This document shows, piece after piece, positions 29,405 to 38,578 of a stretch of DNA of 64,000 bases. Source of the stretch: an uncultured Planctomycetales bacterium. Lineage in GTDB: Bacteria > Omnitrophota > Gorgyraeia > Zapsychrales > Fredricksoniimonadaceae. The translations under genes were made by a program, and so were the position numbers. Below the pieces are notes generated by a model. The model saw only the letters and a program-made list of their open reading frames with translations. It was not told the origin of the DNA and did no database searches. The stretch spans positions 375 to 64,374 of the forward strand of contig CAZACW010000007.1 in NCBI GenBank assembly GCA_964483785.1. The letters run 5' to 3'. Position 1 is the first letter of the stretch, and each line of letters starts with the position of its first letter.

Positions 29405-29435
29405 GGCTGCCTTTCCTTAAAAAATCTTGATTGAT

Positions 29436-29987
29436 TTACCCTGAGATGACGTCCTGCAGGCGCTTATCATGCGCTTCGACGGGAAGGCGTTCGGTGATTT
29501 GAAAATCAAAGGCAAGGCCGACCGTGGCCACGCGCTCCGCAAGGGTGCTTAAAAAACGGTCGTAATAGCCCTCTCCGCGGCCCAGGCGGAAATGCCGCCT
29601 GTCAAAAGCCAGCCCCGGGACAATCACCGCGTCCAAATCCCGGACATCCAGCGTCCGGCGCGGGTCGTACGGGGGCTCGGCAATGCCGAGCGTGCGTTGG
29701 GAGAGGTCCTTCACGGATTCAATGAGCGTAGGGATTAATGTCCTTTGATTGCGTTCAACAACGGGTAAGCTTACCCGTTTTCCCGAAACAATGGCCTTTT
29801 CGATCATCTCCAGGGTATCCACCTCGTACGAGGTGGATGCGTAAAACAGAATGCTTTGCGCCTTTTGGATGGCCGGCAAATTCCACAGCTGCTCGGTAAT
29901 CCGCCGGCTTTTGCGCAAAGCCTCCTCTTTGTTCTGCTCCTTAAGAAGCTTTAAAAAATGCGCCCTTAAAGAGCCTTTATCCTTCAT
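29436..29987 (-). CDS. 5-formyltetrahydrofolate cyclo-ligase
   Basis: ...GLAFDRRHFRLGRGEGYYDRFL is the 5-FCL signature. Confidence 0.75.
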   Translation of the reverse strand: MKDKGSLRAHFLKLLKEQNKEEALRKSRRITEQLWNLPAIQKAQSILFYASTSYEVDTLEMIEKAIVSGKRVSLPVVERNQRTLIPTLIESVKDLSQRTLGIAEPPYDPRRTLDVRDLDAVIVPGLAFDRRHFRLGRGEGYYDRFLSTLAERVATVGLAFDFQITERLPVEAHDKRLQDVISG

Positions 29988-30002
29988 GAATGGCGTATTT
30001 TA

Positions 30003-31316
30003 TCATTTTTTCTTCAGCTTGTCCATTCTCTCCTTGATCCTGGCCTCATAGCCCTGCTGGGTGGGCTCGTAATACCGGGCCTGGGAAGGCATGTATTCCT
30101 GCTGGACATAATGCTGGGGATAATCATGGGCATATTTGTAGCCTTCCCCGTGGCCGAGGCGGCCGGCGCCCTGATAATGGGCGTCTTTCAGGTGCGCGGG
30201 GACCTCCTGCGTCCGTTTTTCCTTGACGTCAGCCAGCGCGCGTTCAATGGCCTGATAAGAGGCGTTGGATTTAGGCGCGCAAGCCACATACACTGCGGCC
30301 TGGGACAGGATGATCCGCGCCTCCGGCAAGCCGATCATCTCCGACGCTTGAAAAGCGGCATTGGCCAACACAAGGGCCTGGGGATCGGCATTGCCCACGT
30401 CCTCCGCGGCGCAGATCACGATGCGCCGCGCGATAAAGCGCGGGTCTTCGCCGGCGTAGATCATCTTGGCCATCCAGTACAAGGCCGCGTCCGGGTCCGA
30501 GCCGCGCATGGATTTGATGAAGGCCGAGGCCGTGTCATAATGCGCATCGCCGTCCATGTCGTAATTGACTTGTTTTTTCTGGATAGACCCTTCTGCCGCT
30601 TCCAGCGTGATGACAATGCGGCCTTGCCTGTTCTTGAGGGTCGTCAAGGCCGCGACTTCCAGGGCATTGAGCGCCTTGCGGGCGTCCCCGTCGCTGATTT
30701 GCGACAAAAAAGCCAGGGCCGCCTCGTCCATGTCAATGGGCAGGGCCCCCAAGCCCCTTTCCTTGTCTGACAAGGCGCGGCGCAGCAGCACGGACAAATC
30801 CTGCGCGGACAAAGCTTTCAGTTCAAAGACCAGGGAGCGGGACAACAGCGGCGCCACCAAGGCGAAAAAAGGATTAAAGACCGTGGCGCCGATCAAAATG
30901 ATACTGCCCTCCTCGATGTCCGGCATCAGCACATCCTGCTGGGCCTTGTTGAAGCGGTGGATCTCATCGATAAAAAGGATGGTCTTGCGGCTAAAGGAGG
31001 CCCTGCGGTGCTGGGCCGCGGCGATGACCTTACGCATCTCATCGACGTTGGAGGCCACGGCGTTGATTTTTTCAAAATGCGCGCTGGTCTGCCGGGCGAT
31101 GCACAGGGCCAGGGTGGTCTTGCCGCTGCCCGGAGGCCCGTAGAGAATCAGCGACGAGATGCGGTCAGATTCGATGGCGCGCCTAAGCAGCTGGCCTTCG
31201 CCTAAAATGTGCTTTTGGCCCACGTACTCTGCAAGGCTCTGCGGCCGCAGGCGCGTGCTCAACGGCGCGTCGCTGCGGACCTGTGCCTCATCGGGAGAAA
31301 AAAGATCGGCGGACAT
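30003..31316 (-). CDS. rarA: Replication-associated recombination protein A (MgsA/RarA AAA+ ATPase)
   Basis: LILYGPPGSGKTTLA, FIDEIHRFNKAQQD, and the MgsA C-domain. Confidence 0.9.
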   Translation of the reverse strand: MSADLFSPDEAQVRSDAPLSTRLRPQSLAEYVGQKHILGEGQLLRRAIESDRISSLILYGPPGSGKTTLALCIARQTSAHFEKINAVASNVDEMRKVIAAAQHRRASFSRKTILFIDEIHRFNKAQQDVLMPDIEEGSIILIGATVFNPFFALVAPLLSRSLVFELKALSAQDLSVLLRRALSDKERGLGALPIDMDEAALAFLSQISDGDARKALNALEVAALTTLKNRQGRIVITLEAAEGSIQKKQVNYDMDGDAHYDTASAFIKSMRGSDPDAALYWMAKMIYAGEDPRFIARRIVICAAEDVGNADPQALVLANAAFQASEMIGLPEARIILSQAAVYVACAPKSNASYQAIERALADVKEKRTQEVPAHLKDAHYQGAGRLGHGEGYKYAHDYPQHYVQQEYMPSQARYYEPTQQGYEARIKERMDKLKKK

Positions 31317-31544
31317 AGGAGAAAGCCCCGCCTCTGCCGTTGAATCTGGTGTAAATGAGAACCATTATTCTCAAGTGGGTGCCAGTGTGAGGCGGCCTAA
31401 GGCGCGCCAGCAGATGACCGGCTCCCGGTGTATTGTTTTGTGGTTCAATACATCCGAGATCCTATCGAACAGCGCAGGGTTTAAGGCTATTATATCACTA
31501 TTGAATTTTTATGCACGCAAAAGGTGCCCAAGGGGCATTCTCTT

Positions 31545-34103
31545 TTAAACCGGGCCTTGATGCTTAACGCCCAGAAAATTTTGAAGGTCTCCTAACGGCC
31601 GTATATTGATGATATCAAAATCAACGCCCTGAGATGACTGCCAAAGGGCCAGTTGGGCAGGGTCCATCTTTACCTGGATGGCCGCAGAGGCCTTGTCAAA
31701 GGCCATGACTTTGACGGGCCTCAAATCAATCCCGCCGTCGCGGCCGGTCATGGCGGCATTGACCATTTTCAAATAACCCGCCTCCACCCCTTCCATCACC
31801 TGGCGCTGTTTGGGGGCTTCGTTGTGCTCAATGCCTGAAAGGATGGTGATATTGACATCTTTTTTTAATTCTTCGAACTGCTTGCGCAGGGCGGGTGAAC
31901 TGTATTTCCCGGGGTTGTGATGGTCGTTTTCCACCAAATACAAATGATACCCGCCTAAGGCGGCCCTGAACCTGGCATTGTCCGCGACGATCATTTTTTG
32001 GATCTTGCCGTGGGGGTTCTGAGAATACGCCACGCGTTTATGCAAAAAAATGGTGCTGGGCACGACCACGTTGCGGACAAAATAGTACCTAAGCTGGTCC
32101 GCTTTCGCGGAGCCGCCCAACGGGGGCGCGATCTCATCGTAAAATAGGCCTTGGTATTTTCTGGTCTGGTGCGTCTGTAAAAAAGCAAGGCGAAACACCG
32201 TCGTCCCGTTGGAAAATGCAATGACATGATACGGCGCTTTAAGGCCATGGGCGGTCAAAAGCCCGTGCCTGGATAGAAAAAGCGCCAATTGTTCATCAAA
32301 TCTTTGGGAGGTGGTGAGGATATCGGCGAATTCATTGTATTCAAAAACGCCGATATTGTATTTGTCCTTCATGGCTTCAAACATGCCTCCAAAACTGCTG
32401 GTGGAACCTTCCAAAAGGCCCCTCACAAAAATTTTCAAAGGCTTGGACGGGTCATAAGCATCATTCAACAAATGGATGGTTTGGACATCCCGTAAAGCTT
32501 GGCGCACGGCATCGACGCGCTCGTCATGGGATTTGTGGGTCCCTGAGATTAAAACAGAGGACATCAGGCTGATGATCGGATGGATCACATACCCATGGGT
32601 GACCAAATCCTCGGCGATCTTTTTGCGCATGGCCTTAAACCATCCTGTATTGAAGCCCATGTATTTTCTTTGATATTGGTCTTCCCTGCCCAAGCTGATG
32701 GCTGTCCCCAAGGCGTTCATGAGCGGCTTCCATGTTTTGCGTTCTAAGGAAGGGACAAAGCCGATGCTTGGATCAAGGTCATTCCTGCGGACAAAGGCCT
32801 TCCATGCGTCTTTGACGCCGCCATATTGCGGCATAATGTGGTATTCGATCATACCCTTGGTCTCTTCTGTCAGCCATCGCACCGTGGCCCTGATTTTTTT
32901 TCGCTCGCCCTTGGTTTGGGCCTCGGCTCTTCTTAACTCTGCGGTGATCAGCTGGTCGTGCACATAGTCATCCGGACGAAAGTCTCCGGGTTTAAAATCC
33001 TCAACGGTGCGCATGGCCGCATCCACTTTAAGAGCAAACCCTCCCGAGAAATACTTGCGGGGCACAGCTTGCAGGGTGACTGGATCCGGCTCTTCCTTGA
33101 TATAGTTGTAAACACCTTTCTTGAAAGCCTGCAGGTACCGATGGTAAATAACCATCACAACCCCGGGGGTTGTGATGGTTATTCCTTGGATTTTGTTCTG
33201 GTTGGCATATACGGCAGTCAGTATGCTGTCCTTGATCTTCTTCTTGTACCAGGTGGCTAAAATCAGGCTGTTGTACACCTGTCTTAGCTTAGCAAAATTG
33301 GCTCCGGTATTGACTTCTTTCGTCAATTCAGGAATGACAATCTCACGGATCATTTGCGAGCCCAGCATATGAATATTGGAACCCCTCAAAATGGGGACAG
33401 TCCCTTGGGAAACAATGTTAACGGGACAGTCCCCATTTTGAAGGACCCCAACATCCCCGTGCTTGGCTTGCGATAAATAATCCTCTTCCAGCATAACCTT
33501 TAATGTTGACTCAACAACATACGCCGTTCCTGCTTTCGCGTTTTCATACACTACAGCCTTATCAGGCACAATCCAGACCTTGTTGAAGGTATTGACCGCT
33601 ATATCGGTTGTACCGAATCTCTTGGCCGCTTCAGCGTAGACCTTCTTCCAAAACTTCTTCCCTGTCTCCCCTTCCGGGTAAATCAAGCTGGCCGTGATTT
33701 GCTTGAGCATATAATCTTCAATAAGCAAATCGCGGCCCATCTCGGTCCGGCCGAAGGCCGGCGGGATGATCCTGTTTTGCTCATAAGGGCTTAGATTGAC
33801 CCAAAGGTCATCTTCAGGGATGGTCAGGCTTGCCAGGAAATATTTAATGAGCTTGGCAATGTCCTTGATTTCAGCGGGATTCCGGCCTGCGTTATTTAAA
33901 ATGAATTCCAAACGCAAGGGGTTGTCCGGATGGATCTTGATGCCTTTAAAGATGGGCGGATCAAATTCCGGGCTTAAGGCGATCCTTCGGCCGGGTTCTG
34001 GCAGCTGCAGGCAATTTTGCGCAAAAAGGGCCGGGTCCGAGGGACAAAGGAAGGAAATGGTTATGTTCAAAAAGATAAAAACTTTAATGAATTTATCATT
34101 CAT
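31545..34103 (-). CDS. Large secreted hypothetical protein (852 aa) whose N-terminal ~320 aa are paralogous to the giant ORF N-domain; contains an in-frame PR1 palindrome
   Basis: Signal-peptide-like N-terminus. Shared blocks VNLSPYE..RIIP, GKKFW, KFGTT..VNT.NKVWIVPDKA.VY and KVMLEEDYL align with the translation of 7993..7000. PR1 copy 4 encodes ITTPGVVMV in frame. Confidence 0.6.
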   Translation of the reverse strand: MNDKFIKVFIFLNITISFLCPSDPALFAQNCLQLPEPGRRIALSPEFDPPIFKGIKIHPDNPLRLEFILNNAGRNPAEIKDIAKLIKYFLASLTIPEDDLWVNLSPYEQNRIIPPAFGRTEMGRDLLIEDYMLKQITASLIYPEGETGKKFWKKVYAEAAKRFGTTDIAVNTFNKVWIVPDKAVVYENAKAGTAYVVESTLKVMLEEDYLSQAKHGDVGVLQNGDCPVNIVSQGTVPILRGSNIHMLGSQMIREIVIPELTKEVNTGANFAKLRQVYNSLILATWYKKKIKDSILTAVYANQNKIQGITITTPGVVMVIYHRYLQAFKKGVYNYIKEEPDPVTLQAVPRKYFSGGFALKVDAAMRTVEDFKPGDFRPDDYVHDQLITAELRRAEAQTKGERKKIRATVRWLTEETKGMIEYHIMPQYGGVKDAWKAFVRRNDLDPSIGFVPSLERKTWKPLMNALGTAISLGREDQYQRKYMGFNTGWFKAMRKKIAEDLVTHGYVIHPIISLMSSVLISGTHKSHDERVDAVRQALRDVQTIHLLNDAYDPSKPLKIFVRGLLEGSTSSFGGMFEAMKDKYNIGVFEYNEFADILTTSQRFDEQLALFLSRHGLLTAHGLKAPYHVIAFSNGTTVFRLAFLQTHQTRKYQGLFYDEIAPPLGGSAKADQLRYYFVRNVVVPSTIFLHKRVAYSQNPHGKIQKMIVADNARFRAALGGYHLYLVENDHHNPGKYSSPALRKQFEELKKDVNITILSGIEHNEAPKQRQVMEGVEAGYLKMVNAAMTGRDGGIDLRPVKVMAFDKASAAIQVKMDPAQLALWQSSQGVDFDIINIRPLGDLQNFLGVKHQGPV
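31908..31924. repeat. PR1 half-site (CCCGGGGTTGTGATGGT) inside the 852-aa ORF
   Basis: One-arm match; on the minus strand it encodes DHHNPG. Confidence 0.5.
33152..33180. repeat. PR1 palindrome copy 4, inside the coding sequence (in frame)
   Basis: Perfect palindrome; it replaces about 9 codons (DVDKGAKDA in the giant ORF paralog) with TITTPGVVMV. Confidence 0.9.
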
Positions 34104-34200
34104 AGATGGTTTTATCTTCTTAATACCAACGTATTATTTTAAAAATTTAATGTAGATATTGGGTTAAGAACAAATTAATTATTGGGTGGGATTTACGGAA

Positions 34201-36219
34201 TTACCGACGGGTGGCCTTGAGTTCGCGGGTGAGGGCATCGAGCAGGCGCGCGTGGACGGCCGCGGCCTCGTCTTCGCGCAGGGTCCTCTCTTGAGACTGG
34301 TATTGACAGGAAAATACAAAGGCTTTCTGGGAAGGCTGGACCTTCTCCCCCGCATACTGTTCGATCAAATGCACCGCGTTTAAGATCCCCTGGCCCTGGG
34401 CCCGGCAAATGTCTTCGACCTGTTTCCAGGCCGTGTCCTTGTCAACCGCCAGGGACACGTCGCGCACGATGGCCGGATATTCAGAAACCGGCTGGTATTT
34501 TTGGTGTTTGGCCGGCAAGGCCAGGACCCCGTCCAAATCAAGGCCCGCATAATAGATGTCCTGGTGCTTGATCTCCCAATCCCTCAAGACCTCAGGAGCG
34601 ACCTTGCCCAAAAGGCCTATGGGCGCACCCTTCATGATCACCGAGGCCGCGTATTCAAAGGTCGGCATGCTCAATGTTTCAAAAATAACTTCCGCGGACA
34701 AGGCCCCAAAAAGCCTCTCTACAATCCCTTTAAGATCATAGAAGTCCACATTTTCTTTTTTGTTCGAGCGCCAGTCCTGCCCGCGCCTCCCAGTCAACAA
34801 AATCCCTAACGCCTCCTGCTCCCCGTCGGGCAGATACCTTTTGCCCAGTTCAAAAAACCGAAGGTCTTTTTGGCCGCGGTTGATATTGGTCAAGGCCACC
34901 TGAAGCAGGGAAGGCAGAAGAATGGGCCGCATCAATTCCTGTTCCTGGCTTAAGGGATTAAATATCTTCAGGGCTTTGCGGTCTTGCTTCCTGATGCGGT
35001 CCAGGTCCTTGCCGCTGATCATCGAAAGGGTGATGGCCTCATCCAGGCCGCCTGCGGTCAGGACCCTGCGGATCGTGTCCTTGACCTGGCGCGGCCTTGA
35101 ATCATGCGGGATATTGATGGATTTGACCGTCGGTAATCGGCAAGGGATGCGGTCAAACCCGACCATGCGGGCGATCTCTTCAACCACATCCACGGCCTGC
35201 CGGATATCGGCGCGATGAGACGGCGCAGTCACGGTCAGGGTGCTGGAACCTGTTTTGACCTTAAACCCCAGACGGATAAGCCAGGCCTTGATCTTGGCCA
35301 AAGACAGGCTCATGCCGAGCAAAGATTCAATCTCTGCTGTCTTGATGGTCATGGGCCTGGCTGATCTTGCCTGCCTGGCCTTGATCTCCTGGCGGCCGCT
35401 GATCTTGCCGCCGGTCATTTGATGCAATAAATCGACGGCGCGCAAAGACGCGGCCAGGACCCCTTCCATATCCACCCTGCGCTCAAAGCGGTAGGAAGAA
35501 TCACTGCGCAGGCCGAGGCTCTGCGAGGCCCGGCGGATGAGGCCCATGTCAAAATGGGCGGATTCCAGCAAAATATTTTTCGTCTGGGGCGTGATCTGAG
35601 AATGCAAACCGCCCATGATCCCGGCAATGGCCACGGGTTTTTCCGCGTCCGCGATCACCAGGATGGAAGGATCCAGCACGCGTTCCACCCCGTCGAGGGT
35701 GATGAGGCGCTCCCCGGCCCTGGCCCGGCGCACCATGATCCTGCCGCCGGCCAAGGTATCGTAATCAAAGGCATGCAGGGGCTGGCCGCCTTCCATCATG
35801 ACGAAATTGGTGATGTCCACCGCATTATGGATGGATTTAAGGCCCACCGCGGATAGGTATTGCTTCATCTCAGACGGGGCCTCGGCGATGCAAAGGCCGG
35901 TAATCAAGACCGCGATGTAACGGCCGCAGTCCTTGGTATTCTCGATCTGCACCAGGTCTCGACGGGAGACGGTTTGATATGTTTTGATTTTGGGATAGCG
36001 GACCGCTTTGGACGTCATGGCCCCGATCTCCCTGGCCAAGCCCAAAATGGAAAGACAATCGGGCCGGTTAGGCGTGATCTCGATGTCCAGCACCGTGTCC
36101 TTACCCGCAGCTTCCAGCGCACCCACCTCAAAGCCGGCCATGGTCAGCCGGTCGATGAGTTTCTCCGTCGGCAGTTTGGGGTCAATGTACTCTTTGAGCC
36201 AATTTAAAGAAAGCTTCAT
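34201..36219 (-). CDS. pheT: Phenylalanyl-tRNA synthetase beta subunit (short form)
   Basis: tRNA-binding N-domain, B3/B4 and B5 domains; adjacent to pheS. Confidence 0.85.
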   Translation of the reverse strand: MKLSLNWLKEYIDPKLPTEKLIDRLTMAGFEVGALEAAGKDTVLDIEITPNRPDCLSILGLAREIGAMTSKAVRYPKIKTYQTVSRRDLVQIENTKDCGRYIAVLITGLCIAEAPSEMKQYLSAVGLKSIHNAVDITNFVMMEGGQPLHAFDYDTLAGGRIMVRRARAGERLITLDGVERVLDPSILVIADAEKPVAIAGIMGGLHSQITPQTKNILLESAHFDMGLIRRASQSLGLRSDSSYRFERRVDMEGVLAASLRAVDLLHQMTGGKISGRQEIKARQARSARPMTIKTAEIESLLGMSLSLAKIKAWLIRLGFKVKTGSSTLTVTAPSHRADIRQAVDVVEEIARMVGFDRIPCRLPTVKSINIPHDSRPRQVKDTIRRVLTAGGLDEAITLSMISGKDLDRIRKQDRKALKIFNPLSQEQELMRPILLPSLLQVALTNINRGQKDLRFFELGKRYLPDGEQEALGILLTGRRGQDWRSNKKENVDFYDLKGIVERLFGALSAEVIFETLSMPTFEYAASVIMKGAPIGLLGKVAPEVLRDWEIKHQDIYYAGLDLDGVLALPAKHQKYQPVSEYPAIVRDVSLAVDKDTAWKQVEDICRAQGQGILNAVHLIEQYAGEKVQPSQKAFVFSCQYQSQERTLREDEAAAVHARLLDALTRELKATRR

Positions 36220-36221
36220 AA

Positions 36222-37235
36222 TTAAAATTGCTTCAAGAAACGCACATCATTTTCATAGAAAAGACGGATATCATTGATGCCGTATTTGAGCATGGCCATG
36301 CGCTCCACCCCCATGCCGAAGGCAAAGCCCTGGTAGCGTCCCTTGGGATAGCCGGCCGCTTCAAAGACCTTGGGGTTGACCATGCCGCAGCCTAAGATCT
36401 CCAGCCATTTTTTACGCTTGATCCCCAGAATTTCCGCGTTGATGTCCACCTCGGCCGACGGCTCCGTGAAGGGAAAAAAATGCGGGCGAAAGCGCATCGC
36501 GACCTTAGGTCCAAAAAAACGGCGGCAGAATTCCGTCAACAGGCCTTTAAGCCCGGAAAACTGCGCTTTTTCATCGACGAGCAGGCCCTCGATCTGATGA
36601 AACATGAAAGAATGGCTGGCATCCACGGCGTCCGGCCGGTACACGCGGCCAGGCACGATCACCGCCAGGGGCGGCTTGTGCTTTTTCATGATCCGCACCT
36701 GGCCCGGCGAGGTGTGGCTGCGCAAAAGCAGGCGCCGACCCTTGGCCGAAGGGTCCACAGCGTCCAGATAAAAGGTATCAAAGGCATCGCGGGAAGGATG
36801 GTCGACGGGGATGTTGAGCCCCGTAAAATTATGGAATTCCGTCTCGATTTCCGGGGTCTCGATGGTGACAAAACCCATCTGCTCAAAGACCGTGATGATC
36901 TCCTGCATGGTCTTAGTCAAAATATGCGTGCGGCCAAGCGGCCTGCCTGTGCCGGGCAGGGAGATGTCGACACATGCGGATTTGGTCTGGGAAGATTGGA
37001 GCGCGCCGGATTTCTCGGCCATCAGGCCCTCGACGAGGACTTTCAGGTCATTGGCGCCCTTGCCGATGGCGGCCTTTTCCGGGGGGGCGGCCTGGCCCAG
37101 TGAAGCGAAGATCTCAGCCACCAGGCCTTTCTTGCCTAAATATTTCAAACGAAAGGATTCCAGGGCCTGGGGGCTGTTGAGCGCCTTGGCCTCGCTCAGG
37201 GCCTGCTCATGGATGTCCTGGAAATTCCACTTCAT
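36222..37235 (-). CDS. pheS: Phenylalanyl-tRNA synthetase alpha subunit
   Basis: Class II motifs (FRPHFFPFTEPSAEVD...GCGMVNPKV). Confidence 0.9.
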   Translation of the reverse strand: MKWNFQDIHEQALSEAKALNSPQALESFRLKYLGKKGLVAEIFASLGQAAPPEKAAIGKGANDLKVLVEGLMAEKSGALQSSQTKSACVDISLPGTGRPLGRTHILTKTMQEIITVFEQMGFVTIETPEIETEFHNFTGLNIPVDHPSRDAFDTFYLDAVDPSAKGRRLLLRSHTSPGQVRIMKKHKPPLAVIVPGRVYRPDAVDASHSFMFHQIEGLLVDEKAQFSGLKGLLTEFCRRFFGPKVAMRFRPHFFPFTEPSAEVDINAEILGIKRKKWLEILGCGMVNPKVFEAAGYPKGRYQGFAFGMGVERMAMLKYGINDIRLFYENDVRFLKQF

Positions 37236-37292
37236 ATTAACTCTCTGATAGGAGTTGGCGGACCCTCTCTTCGCTGCAGTCGAATGGTGGAT

Positions 37293-37724
37293 TTAATCTT
37301 TTTCCACGACTTTTGCTTTGCGTGCAGTTTTCTTGGCTTCCTTTTTAGCTTCGGCTTTAGGCTCTGCCGGGGCCTGGCCCTGCCGGGCTTTGTCGACGAG
37401 CTGGGCAAAGACCTCAGGCTCCCTGACCGCCAAGTCCGCCAGCACCTTGCGGTCCAGCGTGATCTTGGCCTCTTTGAGGCCCTTGACAAAACGGCTGTAA
37501 TTGAGGCCCGACTCGCGGCAGGCTGCGTTGAGCCGGATGATCCACAGGCTGCGGTATTCGCCCTTTTTCTTTTTACGGTCGAAATACGCGTATTGGCGGG
37601 AGGCGATCAGGGACTTGATGGCCTCTTTGTAGCGCTTGCTGCGGTCGCCAAACTGGCCCTTGGCTTCCTTGAGCACGCGCTTCTTGCGCGCGTGGGCGTA
37701 GACATTGCTTTTAATGCGTACCAT
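37293..37724 (-). CDS. rplT: Ribosomal protein L20
   Basis: [23 protein letters not shown]... Confidence 0.9.
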   Translation of the reverse strand: MVRIKSNVYAHARKKRVLKEAKGQFGDRSKRYKEAIKSLIASRQYAYFDRKKKKGEYRSLWIIRLNAACRESGLNYSRFVKGLKEAKITLDRKVLADLAVREPEVFAQLVDKARQGQAPAEPKAEAKKEAKKTARKAKVVEKD

Positions 37725-37923
37725 ACGGCAACACCTTCCTGATGCGCTTGGCGTCCGTCGCTGATACGTAGCCGCTGTGGCGCAACTGTCGTTTATGTTT
37801 GCGTGATTTTTTGCCCAAAATGTGCTGGCGGCCGGCGTTGCGTTTCTTCAACAGCCCGCTCTTGGTCATGCGCAGGCGCTTGGCCGCCGCTTTTTTGGTC
37901 TTTAGCTTTCTTTTTTTAGCCAT
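37711..37923 (-). CDS. rpmI: Ribosomal protein L35
   Basis: A small basic protein in the infC-rpmI-rplT operon position. Confidence 0.8.
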   Translation of the reverse strand: MAKKRKLKTKKAAAKRLRMTKSGLLKKRNAGRQHILGKKSRKHKRQLRHSGYVSATDAKRIRKVLPYGTH

Positions 37924-37995
37924 AGGTGATCCTTCATCCTCGTTGGTCCGTCCCGCGCCCGGCGGCTTGGGAGGACGCCGGGCCTTGGTTGGGCG

Positions 37996-38513
37996 TCATT
38001 TTTCCGATTTGGGGGACAAGACCATCGACACGATGCGGCCCTCGGCCACGGGCGCTTTCTCGACGGTGGCGTACTGGGCGGTGGCGGCCACCACCTTTTC
38101 CAAGACCGCCTTCCACTGCTCGCGGAAACTCATTTCCCGGCCCTGGAACATCATGTTGATCTTGACCTTGTCCTTCTTGCTCAAAAACGCGATGGCCTGG
38201 CGCATCTTGGTCTCCAGGTCATGGTCGTCGATGTGCGGCTTGATGCGGATCTGCTTCAAGTGCGTCACATGCTGGTGCTTCTTGACCTTGCGTTCTTTTT
38301 TCTGCTGATCGTATTTATATTTGCTGAAGTCGATAATCCGGCACACCGGCGGGGCCGCGGTCGGGGCCACCTCGATGAGGTCCAGGCCGTATTCCGAGGC
38401 CAGCTCCAGGGCCCGGCCGATGTTGACCACGCCCAGCTGTTCGGAATTGGGGCCGATCACCCTGACTTCCTTGGAACGGATTTGATTGTTGATCCTGATG
38501 TTCTTTAAAATAA
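37996..38513 (-). CDS. infC: Translation initiation factor IF-3; the likely start is a non-ATG (ATT) codon upstream of the track ATG at 38460
   Basis: The ORF continues in frame upstream of Met-38460 as ILKNIRINNQIRSKEVRV-, which matches the IF3 N-terminus. An ATT codon at ~38513 fits the classic autoregulated AUU start. Confidence 0.7.
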
Positions 38514-38578
38514 ATAATCCTCCCGGATGATGGTTGGCCTTGCGGCTTTGTTAAAGAGTTTATTATTATCCCTTAATT

